A DNA stretch of 61,904 nucleotides from Lachnospiraceae bacterium. GTDB taxonomy: Bacteria; Bacillota; Clostridia; Lachnospirales; Lachnospiraceae. The stretch spans positions 1-61,904 of the forward strand of contig JAGCTJ010000148.1 of NCBI GenBank assembly GCA_017963665.1. The letters are read 5' to 3'. Each line of letters starts with the position of its first letter. Within the stretch, counting starts at the first letter, position 1. Shown in pieces: positions 20,442-29,790 of this stretch. The notes under the pieces were generated by a model that had not been told where the DNA came from, ran no database searches, and worked only from the letters and a program-made list of their open reading frames with translations. Position numbers and translations under genes: made by a program.

Positions 20442-20700
20442 ATGATTCTGACTCCTTTAACAAGCTATCATACACTGAGGGCGGTATCGCTTGTTTGAAG
20501 GCACGCTCAAGGGCCTTATTCTTTATTGCCTTTTCCAGGCAGTCCTTACACTTACATACGTAAGCGCCGCGGCCGTTCATCTTTCCTTTAAAATCAAGCG
20601 ATATTGTACCGTCGGGAGCATGTACCACGCGAATGAGGTCGCGTTTGTCTTTCATTTCTCTGCAGCCGACGCATTGTCTTAACGGGACTTTCTTGTTCAT
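20431..20700 (-). CDS. ylxR: YlxR (RnpM) family protein
   Basis: PLRQCVGC, LIRVV, GRGAYVC. Confidence 0.93.
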   Translation of the reverse strand: MNKKVPLRQCVGCREMKDKRDLIRVVHAPDGTISLDFKGKMNGRGAYVCKCKDCLEKAIKNKALERAFKQAIPPSVYDSLLKESESFEQ

Positions 20701-20714
20701 CCGTCGCCTCTTTC

Positions 20715-21899
20715 TTATTCTTCGGTGTTTTCGGTGCCTTCTTCACCTTCGTACTCTTCAGCGTACTCGCCTTCTTCGTATTCGCCTTCTTCGTACTCAC
20801 CTTCTTCGTACTCATCGTACTCTTCGTAATCATCCATATAGTCTTCGTAACGGAATCCGGGAGCATCCTTAGCCTGAGACTCGGACTTGATGTCGATCTT
20901 GTATCCGGTAAGTCTTGCGGCAAGTCTTGCGTTCTGTCCGGATTTACCGATAGCAAGTGAAAGCTGATAATCGGGAACGACTACCTTAGCTGTCTTCTCG
21001 TCGGGATCTGCGAATACCGCAACGATCTTGGCGGGGCTTAACGCATTCTGTATAAGGTTACCGGGGTTCTCATCCCAGTTGATAACGTCGATCTTTTCGC
21101 CTCTTAACTCTTCAACGATGGCATTAACACGTGCACCGTTCATACCTACGCATGCACCTACCGCGTCTACGTTGGGGTTGTTGGACCAAACAGCGATCTT
21201 GGTACGGCTTCCGGCTTCACGTGCGATGGACATGATCTCTACGGTACCGTCTTTGATCTCGGTAACTTCCTGCTCGAAAAGTCTCTTTACGAGTTCGGGA
21301 TGGGTGCGGCTTACCAAAACCTTGGGCCCTTTGTTTGTATTCTTTACTTCAAGCACATAAAGTTTGATACGCTCGGTAGGTCTGAACTCTTCGGTGGGAA
21401 CCTGCTCGCTCTCCGTAAGGATGGCATCCGTCTTTCCCAGATCGATGGAAATGTTCTTTCCCACATATCTCTGAACGATACCCGTAACAACATCTCTTTC
21501 CTTTTCGTAGAAGATATTGTAAACAACGCTTCTTTCTTCTTCACGGATCTTCTGAGTGATGACGTTTCTTGCGTTCTGAGCGGCAATACGTCCGAACTCC
21601 TGTGACTTTATCTCTACCTTAACGGTATCGCCGACACCTGCGTTTGCATCGATGGCTCTTGCGTCCGTAAGAGAGATCTGGGTTACCGGATCTTCAACGT
21701 TCTCTACAACTTCCTTTTCTGCATAAAGGAAATAGTCGCAAGTCTCTCTGTCGATCTCAACCTTCATGTTGTCTGCTTTGCCGAAATGATTCTTGCAGGC
21801 GGTAAGAAGCGAATTCTCAATCGCGTCAAAAAGTACCTCTTTGGGTATCTGCTTCTCCTTTTCAAGTGCGTCAAGTGCTTCAAGTAAAGCCTTATTCAT
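20715..21899 (-). CDS. nusA: Transcription factor NusA
   Basis: FGRIAAQ, AREAGSRTKIAV, AIGKSGQNARLA; acidic (YEEGE)n tail. Confidence 0.97.
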   Translation of the reverse strand: MNKALLEALDALEKEKQIPKEVLFDAIENSLLTACKNHFGKADNMKVEIDRETCDYFLYAEKEVVENVEDPVTQISLTDARAIDANAGVGDTVKVEIKSQEFGRIAAQNARNVITQKIREEERSVVYNIFYEKERDVVTGIVQRYVGKNISIDLGKTDAILTESEQVPTEEFRPTERIKLYVLEVKNTNKGPKVLVSRTHPELVKRLFEQEVTEIKDGTVEIMSIAREAGSRTKIAVWSNNPNVDAVGACVGMNGARVNAIVEELRGEKIDVINWDENPGNLIQNALSPAKIVAVFADPDEKTAKVVVPDYQLSLAIGKSGQNARLAARLTGYKIDIKSESQAKDAPGFRYEDYMDDYEEYDEYEEGEYEEGEYEEGEYAEEYEGEEGTENTEE

Positions 21900-21917
21900 T
21901 TTAAGTTTCCTCCGTTT

Positions 21918-22382
21918 TTAAAAATCAAGTGTAAGATTTATTTTTGCTATGTCTTTTCGGGAGAAAGAAACCTCTTTCTCTAAGATCATAAGTGTAACCG
22001 TGTCTTTGTCAAAAGACTTTAAAGTTCCCGTAAACTCTTTTGAACCGTCGACGGGTTTGTAAGTCTTTAAATCGACTTCCATTCCGATACTCTTTTCAAA
22101 GTGTCTGTCTTTCTTAAGCGTTCTTCCAAGTCCCGGGCTTGATACTTCAAGATAGTAAGCATCTTCGATGAATTCGGGATTGTCAAGGGCATCGCTTAGC
22201 GCTCTGCTGACGGCTTCGCAATCGTCGATCGTTACTCCGCCTTCTTTGTCGATGTAGGCTCTTAAATACCACTCGCCCGCTTCTTCGACGTACTCGACAT
22301 CATAGATGTCAACGCCGTTTGCTTCGGCTATGGGCCTAAGAAGCTCTTCCGTCTTTGCTTCGTAGCTTTCTCTCTTACTCAT
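21918..22382 (-). CDS. rimP: Ribosome maturation factor
   Basis: IDKEGGVTIDDC, YYLEVSSPG. Confidence 0.96.
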   Translation of the reverse strand: MSKRESYEAKTEELLRPIAEANGVDIYDVEYVEEAGEWYLRAYIDKEGGVTIDDCEAVSRALSDALDNPEFIEDAYYLEVSSPGLGRTLKKDRHFEKSIGMEVDLKTYKPVDGSKEFTGTLKSFDKDTVTLMILEKEVSFSRKDIAKINLTLDF

Positions 22383-22420
22383 TATTCCTCTTTCTCTGCA
22401 TTATCAAATGCTCAATAAGC

Positions 22421-22454
22421 AAAAAGTAAAGTGGCTTGAAACCAAGCCACTTTA
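22421..22454 (-). promoter_or_regulatory. rimP leader terminator-like hairpin
   Basis: TAAAGTGGCTTG-GTTT-CAAGCCACTTTA then CTTTTT, between the promoter and rimP; matches the position of the known rimP leader. Confidence 0.7.
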
Positions 22455-22481
22455 GTAAAAAAAAATAAATTCTACATGAGC

Positions 22482-22510
22482 ATACTAACATCAAGTAAAC
22501 ATAAAATCAA
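22482..22510 (-). promoter_or_regulatory. Sigma-A promoter of the rimP-nusA-infB operon
   Basis: TTGATT-17 nt-TAGTAT with an extended -10 TG. Confidence 0.6.
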
Positions 22511-22537
22511 GTGTTTTTTCCGTAAAACACGATTTTC

Positions 22538-23224
22538 TTACAGTTCTTCCGTCAGCGGAGTCACCGTACCCATGGCAACCGTAAGATTTCCGTTCCTTAC
22601 TCTTATCTCGTCGATCATTGCCTTTTGATCCGCATCCTTTTTAAGATTCACGAGATAGTTAAGCTCAAACATGCTGCCTAAGTTGGTTGTCTTAACCTTA
22701 TCGAGTTTTGATTTGTTCGTGTATTTTTCAAAGATGTCGTCAAATGCGCCGTTAAAGTTAAGGTTCTCGGGAATGACGATCTTAAGCTGAAGTGTCTCAT
22801 CCTTTTTGTCGCCGAAACCGGTTTTGCACAAAACGATCATGAGTGCTCCCACCAGCACCGTGATGATAGCTGCAAATCCGATGTAACCCATGCCCGTTGC
22901 AAGACCTGTTGCCATGGCAAAGAAAATGGTTCCGATCTCTTTGCTCGTTCCGGGGATCGATCTGAAACGTATAAGACTGAAGGCTCCAACTATCGCAACG
23001 CCGGTTCCCAGATTGCCGTTAACCATCATGATAACGCTCATAACAAGTATGGGAAGAACAGTAAGGGTAATGACAAAGTTCTTCGAATACTTCTCACTAC
23101 ATATCATATATGTTGCGGCGATCACGATACCCAGTGCAATGGATGCGATACTGCAAAGTAACATTCCTTTGAGTCCGAGAGTTATCATTCCCGTTCCCGC
23201 CTGATTTAAAATGCTGTCCAGCAT
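22538..23224 (-). CDS. DUF4956 membrane protein
   Basis: NGNLGTGVAIVGAFSLIRFRS, GLATGMG, IRVRNGNL. Confidence 0.88.
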   Translation of the reverse strand: MLDSILNQAGTGMITLGLKGMLLCSIASIALGIVIAATYMICSEKYSKNFVITLTVLPILVMSVIMMVNGNLGTGVAIVGAFSLIRFRSIPGTSKEIGTIFFAMATGLATGMGYIGFAAIITVLVGALMIVLCKTGFGDKKDETLQLKIVIPENLNFNGAFDDIFEKYTNKSKLDKVKTTNLGSMFELNYLVNLKKDADQKAMIDEIRVRNGNLTVAMGTVTPLTEEL

Positions 23225-23928
23225 ATTTCTTCTCCTTCTTCGTATGTCATTTTAAGCCGTTTGCATGCGGCTCCGTATTTTGAAAAGCTTCCCGGATAGA
23301 TCTTTTGATCCGTCAAAGCCTTCGTAAGCCACAAAGGCATTGCACCGGGTGCCTTTATTTCCATAAGATACTTATCTTCGTCAAGTACTCTTTCGGCGTC
23401 CCTGCCGTTCATAAGGCAGCCTTCGTCAAATTTAACTTTGACGTCTTTGTCGTAGGTGATGCGTATGTCTTTGTTGTCATTGCAAAAAGAAGCAATACGC
23501 ATATATTCAATGTATGTGGGACGGATCGACTTATAGTACTTAAAGAAGTAATCGATCTCCTTCATTATCTGAGAGTCGGTATCGGGATATATCCCTTTCT
23601 TAAGATAAAGGTCCGCTTCGGTGTAGGAAAGAGCTATCCTTCTTTTGTATACGACACCTTGATACTTTTTCTTAAGTTCAAGATATACTTTCGACTCCGG
23701 GGTGGCCTGTCCGTAACAGCGAAGCCGTACTTTTTCTTTATACACCGGCTTCTCCATGGACTCTCTTGCAAGATCGTAGTTCTTGGTATCAAAGTAGATG
23801 CTTATTATCTTTGAAAGACCGTACTCGTCGTCTGTCATGTAAGGCGCAAGCGCTTCTCTTATGCCTTCGAACTGCTCTTTTGAAAGAATATATTTAGTTT
23901 CCAGTCGTCTGAATACATCTTTTGCCAT
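23206..23928 (-). CDS. VTC/CYTH-like polyphosphate polymerase domain protein
   Basis: RLETKY, SIYFDT, KVRLRCY, LELKKK, RITYD, MEIK, SFSKY. Confidence 0.88.
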   Translation of the reverse strand: MAKDVFRRLETKYILSKEQFEGIREALAPYMTDDEYGLSKIISIYFDTKNYDLARESMEKPVYKEKVRLRCYGQATPESKVYLELKKKYQGVVYKRRIALSYTEADLYLKKGIYPDTDSQIMKEIDYFFKYYKSIRPTYIEYMRIASFCNDNKDIRITYDKDVKVKFDEGCLMNGRDAERVLDEDKYLMEIKAPGAMPLWLTKALTDQKIYPGSFSKYGAACKRLKMTYEEGEEICWTAF

Positions 23929-23934
23929 AATTGT

Positions 23935-23964
23935 AAAAAAATAGGATATGCATTATGCATATCC
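23935..23964 (-). terminator. Terminator after tRNA-Glu
   Basis: GGATATGCA/TGCATATCC palindrome followed by TATTTTTTT on minus. Confidence 0.75.
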
Positions 23965-23971
23965 CGTTTCG

Positions 23972-24043
23972 CAGCTGGTAGGGGAATCGAACCCCTGATT
24001 CCGCCGTGAGAGGGCGGCGTCTTAACCGCTTGACCAACCAGCC
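23972..24043 (-). tRNA. tRNA-Glu (anticodon CTC)
   Basis: GGCTGGT...GGTCAAGCGGTTAAGAC, anticodon arm CCGCC-CT-CTC-AC-GGCGG, T-loop GGTTCGATTCC, ACCAGCT-G; CCA not encoded. Confidence 0.96.
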
Positions 24044-24144
24044 ATTTTTGAGTGCCTGTTTCAGGCACTCGTTTATATTATCGTAAAATCACGAAATATG
24101 CAAGAGGTATTTTTCTATAAGTAATCTTAACAGAAAATCGCCGT

Positions 24145-27100
24145 TTATACACCCATTAGGTCAAATAAACTTATCTGATTAGACTCGGGAATGTCGCCCA
24201 ATATTCCAAGGTCCGCCATCTCGTCTGTGATGGTGGTGGAAACCTTGGTGCGCTGCCTGAAATCGTCTCTTGAAAGGAACGGGCCTTTCTTTGCCGCTTC
24301 GACGATACTGTCCGCAGCGTTTTCACCAAGACCTTCTATACTGGTAAGCGCCGGCATTATCTTTCCGTCGATTATGGAGAAAAGTCTCGCTTGGGCTTTA
24401 AAAATGTCTATGGGCATGAATTCAAAGCCTCTGGCATACATTTCCTGGACGATCCTTAAATCTCTTATGGAATCTTCTTCCTTATTCGATCTTTCCGGAA
24501 GGGCACGAAGTTTCTTTAACTCGGCTTCCAAAGTATCTCGTCCGAAGCACATCGTCTTATAGTTGAACGCCTTGGCGCGGATACTGAAGAAGGCTGCATA
24601 GTAAGCGAGGGGATAATATACTTTGCAGTACGCTATTCGCCATGCCATCATAACGTAGGCCGCAGCATGGGCACGAGGGAACATGTACTGTATCTTCTCA
24701 CATGAGCCTACATACCATTCGGGTACGTCATGGTTTAACATGTCTTCTTTCCATTCGGGCCACTCCGGACACTTCTTTCCCGCAACTTTACCTTTACGTA
24801 CATTCTCCATGATCTTAAAGGATTTGGAAGGATCGACACCTTTTCCGATAAGGTAGGTCATGATGTCGTCACGCGTACATATGGCGGTTGAAATGGTCGC
24901 AATACCGTCGCGAATAAGATCCTGGGCATTTCCCAGCCATACGTCGGTACCGTGGCTTAAGCCCGCGATACGCACAAGGTCACTGAAGTAATGAGGCTGA
25001 GCCTCGATTACCATGCCCATTGAAAAGTCGGTACCAAACTCGGGTATTCCCAGACACCCTATCTTGCATCCGCCGATATCTTCGGGAGTTACTCCGAGAG
25101 CTTCGGTCGATTCAAAGAGCGTCATGACCTTGGGATCGTCAAGAGGAATCGTTATGGGATCTATTCCCGTAAGGTCCTGAAGCATTCTTATCATCGTGGG
25201 ATCATCGTGTCCGAGTATATCGAGTTTTAAAAGGTTGTGATCGATGGAGTGATAATCGAAATGCGTGGTCACGGTGTCGGTAGTCTGATCGTTGGCGGGA
25301 TGCTGTACCGGAGTGAAGGAGTTAATGTCCTCTCCCACGGGAAGCACTATGATACCGCCGGGATGCTGACCGGTACTTCTTCTTACACCTACACACCCCG
25401 AAACAATACGGTCTATCTCGCAGACACGTTTCTTTATACCTGCTTCTTCGTAGTATTTCTTTACGTAACCGAACGCCGTCTTGTCGGCGAGGGTAGCTAT
25501 GGTTCCCGCTCTGAATGTCTGTCCCGCACCGAAGATAACTTCCGTATATCTGTGAGCCTTTGACTGATATTCCCCCGAGAAGTTAAGGTCGATATCGGGC
25601 TCTTTGTCTCCTTTGAATCCAAGGAAGGTCTCAAAAGGAATGTCAAATCCGTCCTTTTTAAGGTTTGCACCGCAAACGGGACAAGCCTTGTCGGGCATGT
25701 CAACACCGGCCATTCCTCTGAATTTCTTTACATCTTCGGAATCGAAGTCGTTATAGTGGCAGTTGCTGCAATAATAGTGGGGAACCAAAGGATTGACCTC
25801 TGTGATTCCTGCCATGGTCGCAACAAAACTGGAACCCACGGAACCTCTGGATCCCACGAGGTAACCGTCCTCCACGGATTTCCAAACCAGCTTCTGGGCT
25901 ATTATGTACATAACGGCAAAGCCGTTCTTTATGATGGAGTTAAGTTCTCTCTCGAGACGCTCCGATACTATCTCCGGAAGCTCGGGGCCGTACATCTCGT
26001 GAGCCTTGGTGTAACAGATATTTTTTAAAAGCTCGTCACTGTTCTCGATGACGGGGGCACATTTGTCGGGACGCACCGGGGATATGGAATCGATGCTGTC
26101 GGCGATCACGTTGGGGTTGGTGATAACAACTTCTTTTGCCTTATCAAGTCCCAGATAACCGAACTCTTCAAGCATCTCATCGGTCGTATGAAGGTATAAG
26201 GGTGCCTGCTTGTCGGCATCTTCAAAGCCCTGTCCCTTCATGATGATACGTCTGTAAAGTTCATCTTCGGGATTTAAGAAGTGAACGTCACAGGTGGCCA
26301 CAACGGGTTTGTTGTACATTTCCCCGAGACGCACTATCTCTCGGTTTATCTCTCTGAGATCTTCGATCGTATTGAAACGCTCGTATTTTTCGTGAACCGT
26401 ATCACGGATCATGAACTCGTTGTTTCCCACGGGCTGTATCTCGAGATAATCATAGAAATTGACTATCTTTGCGATGGTGTCGTCACCGCGTTCTTCCACC
26501 AAAGCCTGAAAAAGTTCACCCGCTTCGCAGGCACTTCCTATGATGAGACCTTCACGATGTTTAAGTATCTCACTTTTGGGGATCTTCGGAACTTTGTTAC
26601 GGTTCGTTCCGAAATATTCAAGGTGAGACTTGGAAACAAGTGTGTAAAGGTTTATTCTTCCCGTATTGTTCTTCGCAAGTATGATGACGTGATGTGACAT
26701 CATTGAGCGTATGCTGTCTTTTGAAAGCTTAGAATTTTCCTCAAGCTTATCAAGATCGGTAATGCCTTTTTCTTCAGCCATCTTCAAAAGTTTTATGAAT
26801 ATGCCCGCGGTACATTCCGCATCGTCTACGGCTCTGTGGTGATTTTCAAGCGAAACACCGAGTTCTTTGGCCACCGTATCGAGCTTGTAGTTGTGAAGTC
26901 CCTGTAAGAATGCTCTTGAAACGGTAAGAGTATCTACAGCCGTATAATCGTAGGGAAGTCCAAGTCTTTTGCAGTTTTCCTTTATAAACGAAGTATCAAA
27001 TCCGGCGTTATGCGCCACAAGCACCGCGCCCATGCAAAAGGCCGTAAACTCCGGCAGCACTTTTTCTATCGTAAGAGCATCCTTTACGTCGTCGTCCGTA

Positions 27101-28719
27101 ATGGATGTAAGTTTGCTGATCCTGTAAGGTATGGGACACTCGGGATTAACTAATTCGGAAAATCTGTCAACGATCTTGCCGTCCTTTATCTTTACCGCAC
27201 CGATCTCGATGATCTTGTTCTTTATCGGCGAAAAACCGGTCGTCTCTATATCGAATACAACAAAGGTACCGTCAAGTGACTGGCCCTTTGAGTCATATAC
27301 GGCTTCGGTCAGGTCATCAACAAGATAACCCTCCACACCGTAAATAACTTTAAAGAAATTCTGCCTGTCAGGCTTCTCTCCGGCTTCTTTGCATCGGTCC
27401 TTTTCTTTGCCCCAAAGCTTTTCCCATGCATGGTTGGCATCGGTAAAAGCCTGAACCACACCGTGGTCGGTGACCGCGATGGCTTTATGTCCCCATGAGT
27501 AAGCGCAGTTGATGATATCCGTAACTTCGCTCACTCCGTCCATATCGCTCATTTTTGTATGGCAATGAAGCTCCACACGCTTTTCGGGGCTTAAGTCCAT
27601 ACGCTTTGTACGGTTACTCTTGCCCTTCATAATTCCCTGCGGAGATGTGATGTTTACTTCATGTTCAAATGTGTCGAGCTGAGGAATACCTTTTACCTTG
27701 ACCCAGGTACCCTTCTTGAATTTGCCCGCATATGTATCGTAGTCTTCGGCCTTGCAGAACAGCTTTACTTTAACCGTGTCGGTATAGTCTGTTATGTGCA
27801 TTCCGAATATCGCTTTGTTGTTTCTTATATCGCGACGGTCCTCAACCTTGATGATCTCGCCCGTTACGACTACCGGTAGGAAATCTTCCACAAGGTCACA
27901 AAGATTTATGGGCTCTTCCTCCGGATCTATCTCCCGCCCGTACAAAACATCGGGATTGTCCGATTCTTCAGGCATTGAAGCTCTGGGAGTAAAGCTCTTC
28001 TTTGAAGGATATGACTTTGAGAAGTTCTGTTTCGACACCGATCTTGGAACACTCGGAGCGGGCTTCGCGGTTTCTTTCTTCCCATTTTCCTTATCTTCCG
28101 AAGGTTTTTCTTCGCCGGCTTCCTCGGAGGAAGAAACAAGATCATTTCTTATAAGTTTCTGAACTTTGTATTCGGTGAGGGCTTCTCTTTCTTTTTCCCG
28201 CTCTTCCTCTCCTTCAGGCTTTTCGTACACGACTTTAAAGACCGCCTCCATATTGAAGCGATCCGTCGTAATGTGCTTTAAGTAGTCGACTATCTCGTTC
28301 TCGCGTTCCTTGAATATCGTTTTCTCCGGAACAACGACGGTGACCGAATTTTTGTCAATCTCCTCAAAGCGGATCTTTGTAAAACAGTTTTTAAGTATCG
28401 GTGAATTTTCCGTCAGATCGTAGAGCATGCTCTCAATGTATTCGTTAAGCAGTGCCGTTACGCTGTAAGTAGACGGAAGTTCGTAGGTCTCCACGATCTT
28501 TATCTCAAGATCCTCTCCGGAAAAGAGGTCTCTTTTTATGATACGCTCCATTTCCGCTTTCTCTTTTCGCGGAATGATATGGTTGCTCTTAATAAAGATC
28601 TTCACAAGATTTTTCTTTGTGACCGAAACCATCTTAAGAATATATACGTCTTCAAATAAAGTCTTTAGCGACTCTTTTAAAGACAATGTATTAAAGACTT
28701 CTAAAAACGCCTGTTCCAT
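24145..28719 (-). CDS. polC: DNA polymerase III PolC
   Basis: PHP (ELHCHT, TDHG), exonuclease (VFDIETTG, AHNA), GSRGSVGSS, PDIDLNFSG, LKLDILGHDDPT. Confidence 0.98.
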   Translation of the reverse strand: MEQAFLEVFNTLSLKESLKTLFEDVYILKMVSVTKKNLVKIFIKSNHIIPRKEKAEMERIIKRDLFSGEDLEIKIVETYELPSTYSVTALLNEYIESMLYDLTENSPILKNCFTKIRFEEIDKNSVTVVVPEKTIFKERENEIVDYLKHITTDRFNMEAVFKVVYEKPEGEEEREKEREALTEYKVQKLIRNDLVSSSEEAGEEKPSEDKENGKKETAKPAPSVPRSVSKQNFSKSYPSKKSFTPRASMPEESDNPDVLYGREIDPEEEPINLCDLVEDFLPVVVTGEIIKVEDRRDIRNNKAIFGMHITDYTDTVKVKLFCKAEDYDTYAGKFKKGTWVKVKGIPQLDTFEHEVNITSPQGIMKGKSNRTKRMDLSPEKRVELHCHTKMSDMDGVSEVTDIINCAYSWGHKAIAVTDHGVVQAFTDANHAWEKLWGKEKDRCKEAGEKPDRQNFFKVIYGVEGYLVDDLTEAVYDSKGQSLDGTFVVFDIETTGFSPIKNKIIEIGAVKIKDGKIVDRFSELVNPECPIPYRISKLTSITDDDVKDALTIEKVLPEFTAFCMGAVLVAHNAGFDTSFIKENCKRLGLPYDYTAVDTLTVSRAFLQGLHNYKLDTVAKELGVSLENHHRAVDDAECTAGIFIKLLKMAEEKGITDLDKLEENSKLSKDSIRSMMSHHVIILAKNNTGRINLYTLVSKSHLEYFGTNRNKVPKIPKSEILKHREGLIIGSACEAGELFQALVEERGDDTIAKIVNFYDYLEIQPVGNNEFMIRDTVHEKYERFNTIEDLREINREIVRLGEMYNKPVVATCDVHFLNPEDELYRRIIMKGQGFEDADKQAPLYLHTTDEMLEEFGYLGLDKAKEVVITNPNVIADSIDSISPVRPDKCAPVIENSDELLKNICYTKAHEMYGPELPEIVSERLERELNSIIKNGFAVMYIIAQKLVWKSVEDGYLVGSRGSVGSSFVATMAGITEVNPLVPHYYCSNCHYNDFDSEDVKKFRGMAGVDMPDKACPVCGANLKKDGFDIPFETFLGFKGDKEPDIDLNFSGEYQSKAHRYTEVIFGAGQTFRAGTIATLADKTAFGYVKKYYEEAGIKKRVCEIDRIVSGCVGVRRSTGQHPGGIIVLPVGEDINSFTPVQHPANDQTTDTVTTHFDYHSIDHNLLKLDILGHDDPTMIRMLQDLTGIDPITIPLDDPKVMTLFESTEALGVTPEDIGGCKIGCLGIPEFGTDFSMGMVIEAQPHYFSDLVRIAGLSHGTDVWLGNAQDLIRDGIATISTAICTRDDIMTYLIGKGVDPSKSFKIMENVRKGKVAGKKCPEWPEWKEDMLNHDVPEWYVGSCEKIQYMFPRAHAAAYVMMAWRIAYCKVYYPLAYYAAFFSIRAKAFNYKTMCFGRDTLEAELKKLRALPERSNKEEDSIRDLRIVQEMYARGFEFMPIDIFKAQARLFSIIDGKIMPALTSIEGLGENAADSIVEAAKKGPFLSRDDFRQRTKVSTTITDEMADLGILGDIPESNQISLFDLMGV

Positions 28720-28722
28720 GCG

Positions 28723-29781
28723 TTATTTCCCCCAGTTGTCAAGCTCCTCCTTAAGTGCGTCAAAGAGTTGGCTCTCGGGCACTTTCTTAACTATGGTGCC
28801 CTTTTTGAATATAAGTCCTTCACCGTCACCGCCCGCGATGCCTATCTCGGCTTCTCTCGCTTCTCCGGGGCCGTTTACGGCGCATCCCATTACGGCGAGC
28901 TTGATGGATAAAGGATATTGCTCGGCAAGGCTCTCTGCCTTCTTAGCAAGTCCGATAAGGTCTATTTTCGTACGTCCGCATGTGGGACAGGAGATCACTT
29001 CTATGCCTTCTTTTCTGAGTCCCAAAGTACGAAGAATGATCCTCGCAGCCTTGATCTCTTCCACGGGGTCTTCCGTAAGGGAAACTCTGATGGTATCGCC
29101 TATTCCGTCGTACAATATGACTCCAAGACCGATACCGGATTTAAGATTTCCCGAAAATGCGGTGCCCGACTCTGTGATACCCACATGAAGAGGATAAGGT
29201 GTCTTTCCCGCGATCTTTTTGTGGGCATCTATGCACATGACAACGTCGGTGGACTTAAGGCTTATGCAAAGATTGTCATAGCCCATGTCTTCTATTCTCT
29301 TTACGTTGTTAAGAGCGCTCTCAACGAGTCCGTCGGAGGTGACGTGTCCGTATTTATCCAGTATCTCTTTTTCCAAAGAGCCCGAGTTTACGCCCACTCT
29401 TATGGGGATGTTTCTTTCCTTGGCGGCATCAACGACACATCTTAATTTATCGTCGCATCCGATGTTTCCGGGATTGATCCTTATCTTATCCGCACCGTTC
29501 TCTATTGCCGCTACTGCCATCTTGTAATCAAAATGTATGTCGGCAACGAGGGGTATCGATATTTCTTTCTTTATCTCGGAAATTGCCTTTGCGGCCTCGA
29601 GAGTCGGTACGGTGGAACGCACTATCTCGCAGCCTGCGGCCTCCAGTCTCTTTATCTGTGCCACCGTCGCTTTAACGTCTTCGGTATGGGTATTTGTCAT
29701 GGACTGGATAAGTATCGGATTGCCGTGTCCGATCACCCTGTTTCCTATGTGAACTTCTTTTGTATTCTCTCTGTAAGTCAT
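28723..29781 (-). CDS. ispG: HMBPP synthase
   Basis: IQSMTNT, ADIHF, RINPGN, SCPTCGR, MGCAVNGPGE. Confidence 0.97.
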   Translation of the reverse strand: MTYRENTKEVHIGNRVIGHGNPILIQSMTNTHTEDVKATVAQIKRLEAAGCEIVRSTVPTLEAAKAISEIKKEISIPLVADIHFDYKMAVAAIENGADKIRINPGNIGCDDKLRCVVDAAKERNIPIRVGVNSGSLEKEILDKYGHVTSDGLVESALNNVKRIEDMGYDNLCISLKSTDVVMCIDAHKKIAGKTPYPLHVGITESGTAFSGNLKSGIGLGVILYDGIGDTIRVSLTEDPVEEIKAARIILRTLGLRKEGIEVISCPTCGRTKIDLIGLAKKAESLAEQYPLSIKLAVMGCAVNGPGEAREAEIGIAGGDGEGLIFKKGTIVKKVPESQLFDALKEELDNWGK

Positions 29782-29790
29782 TGTCGTTTC

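Noticed and set aside
20745-20830. 15-bp tandem repeats at the nusA 3' end
   Set aside because: Encode an acidic (YEEGE)n tail; no spacers, so not CRISPR.
23859-24068. 69-aa ORF over the tRNA; tRNA as an integration site
   Set aside because: The ORF is a translation of the tRNA gene. No duplicated tRNA 3' end or integrase was found.
24145-28719. Intein or intron in the long polC
   Set aside because: The extra length is N-terminal linker and small insertions; no splicing or homing-endonuclease motifs seen.
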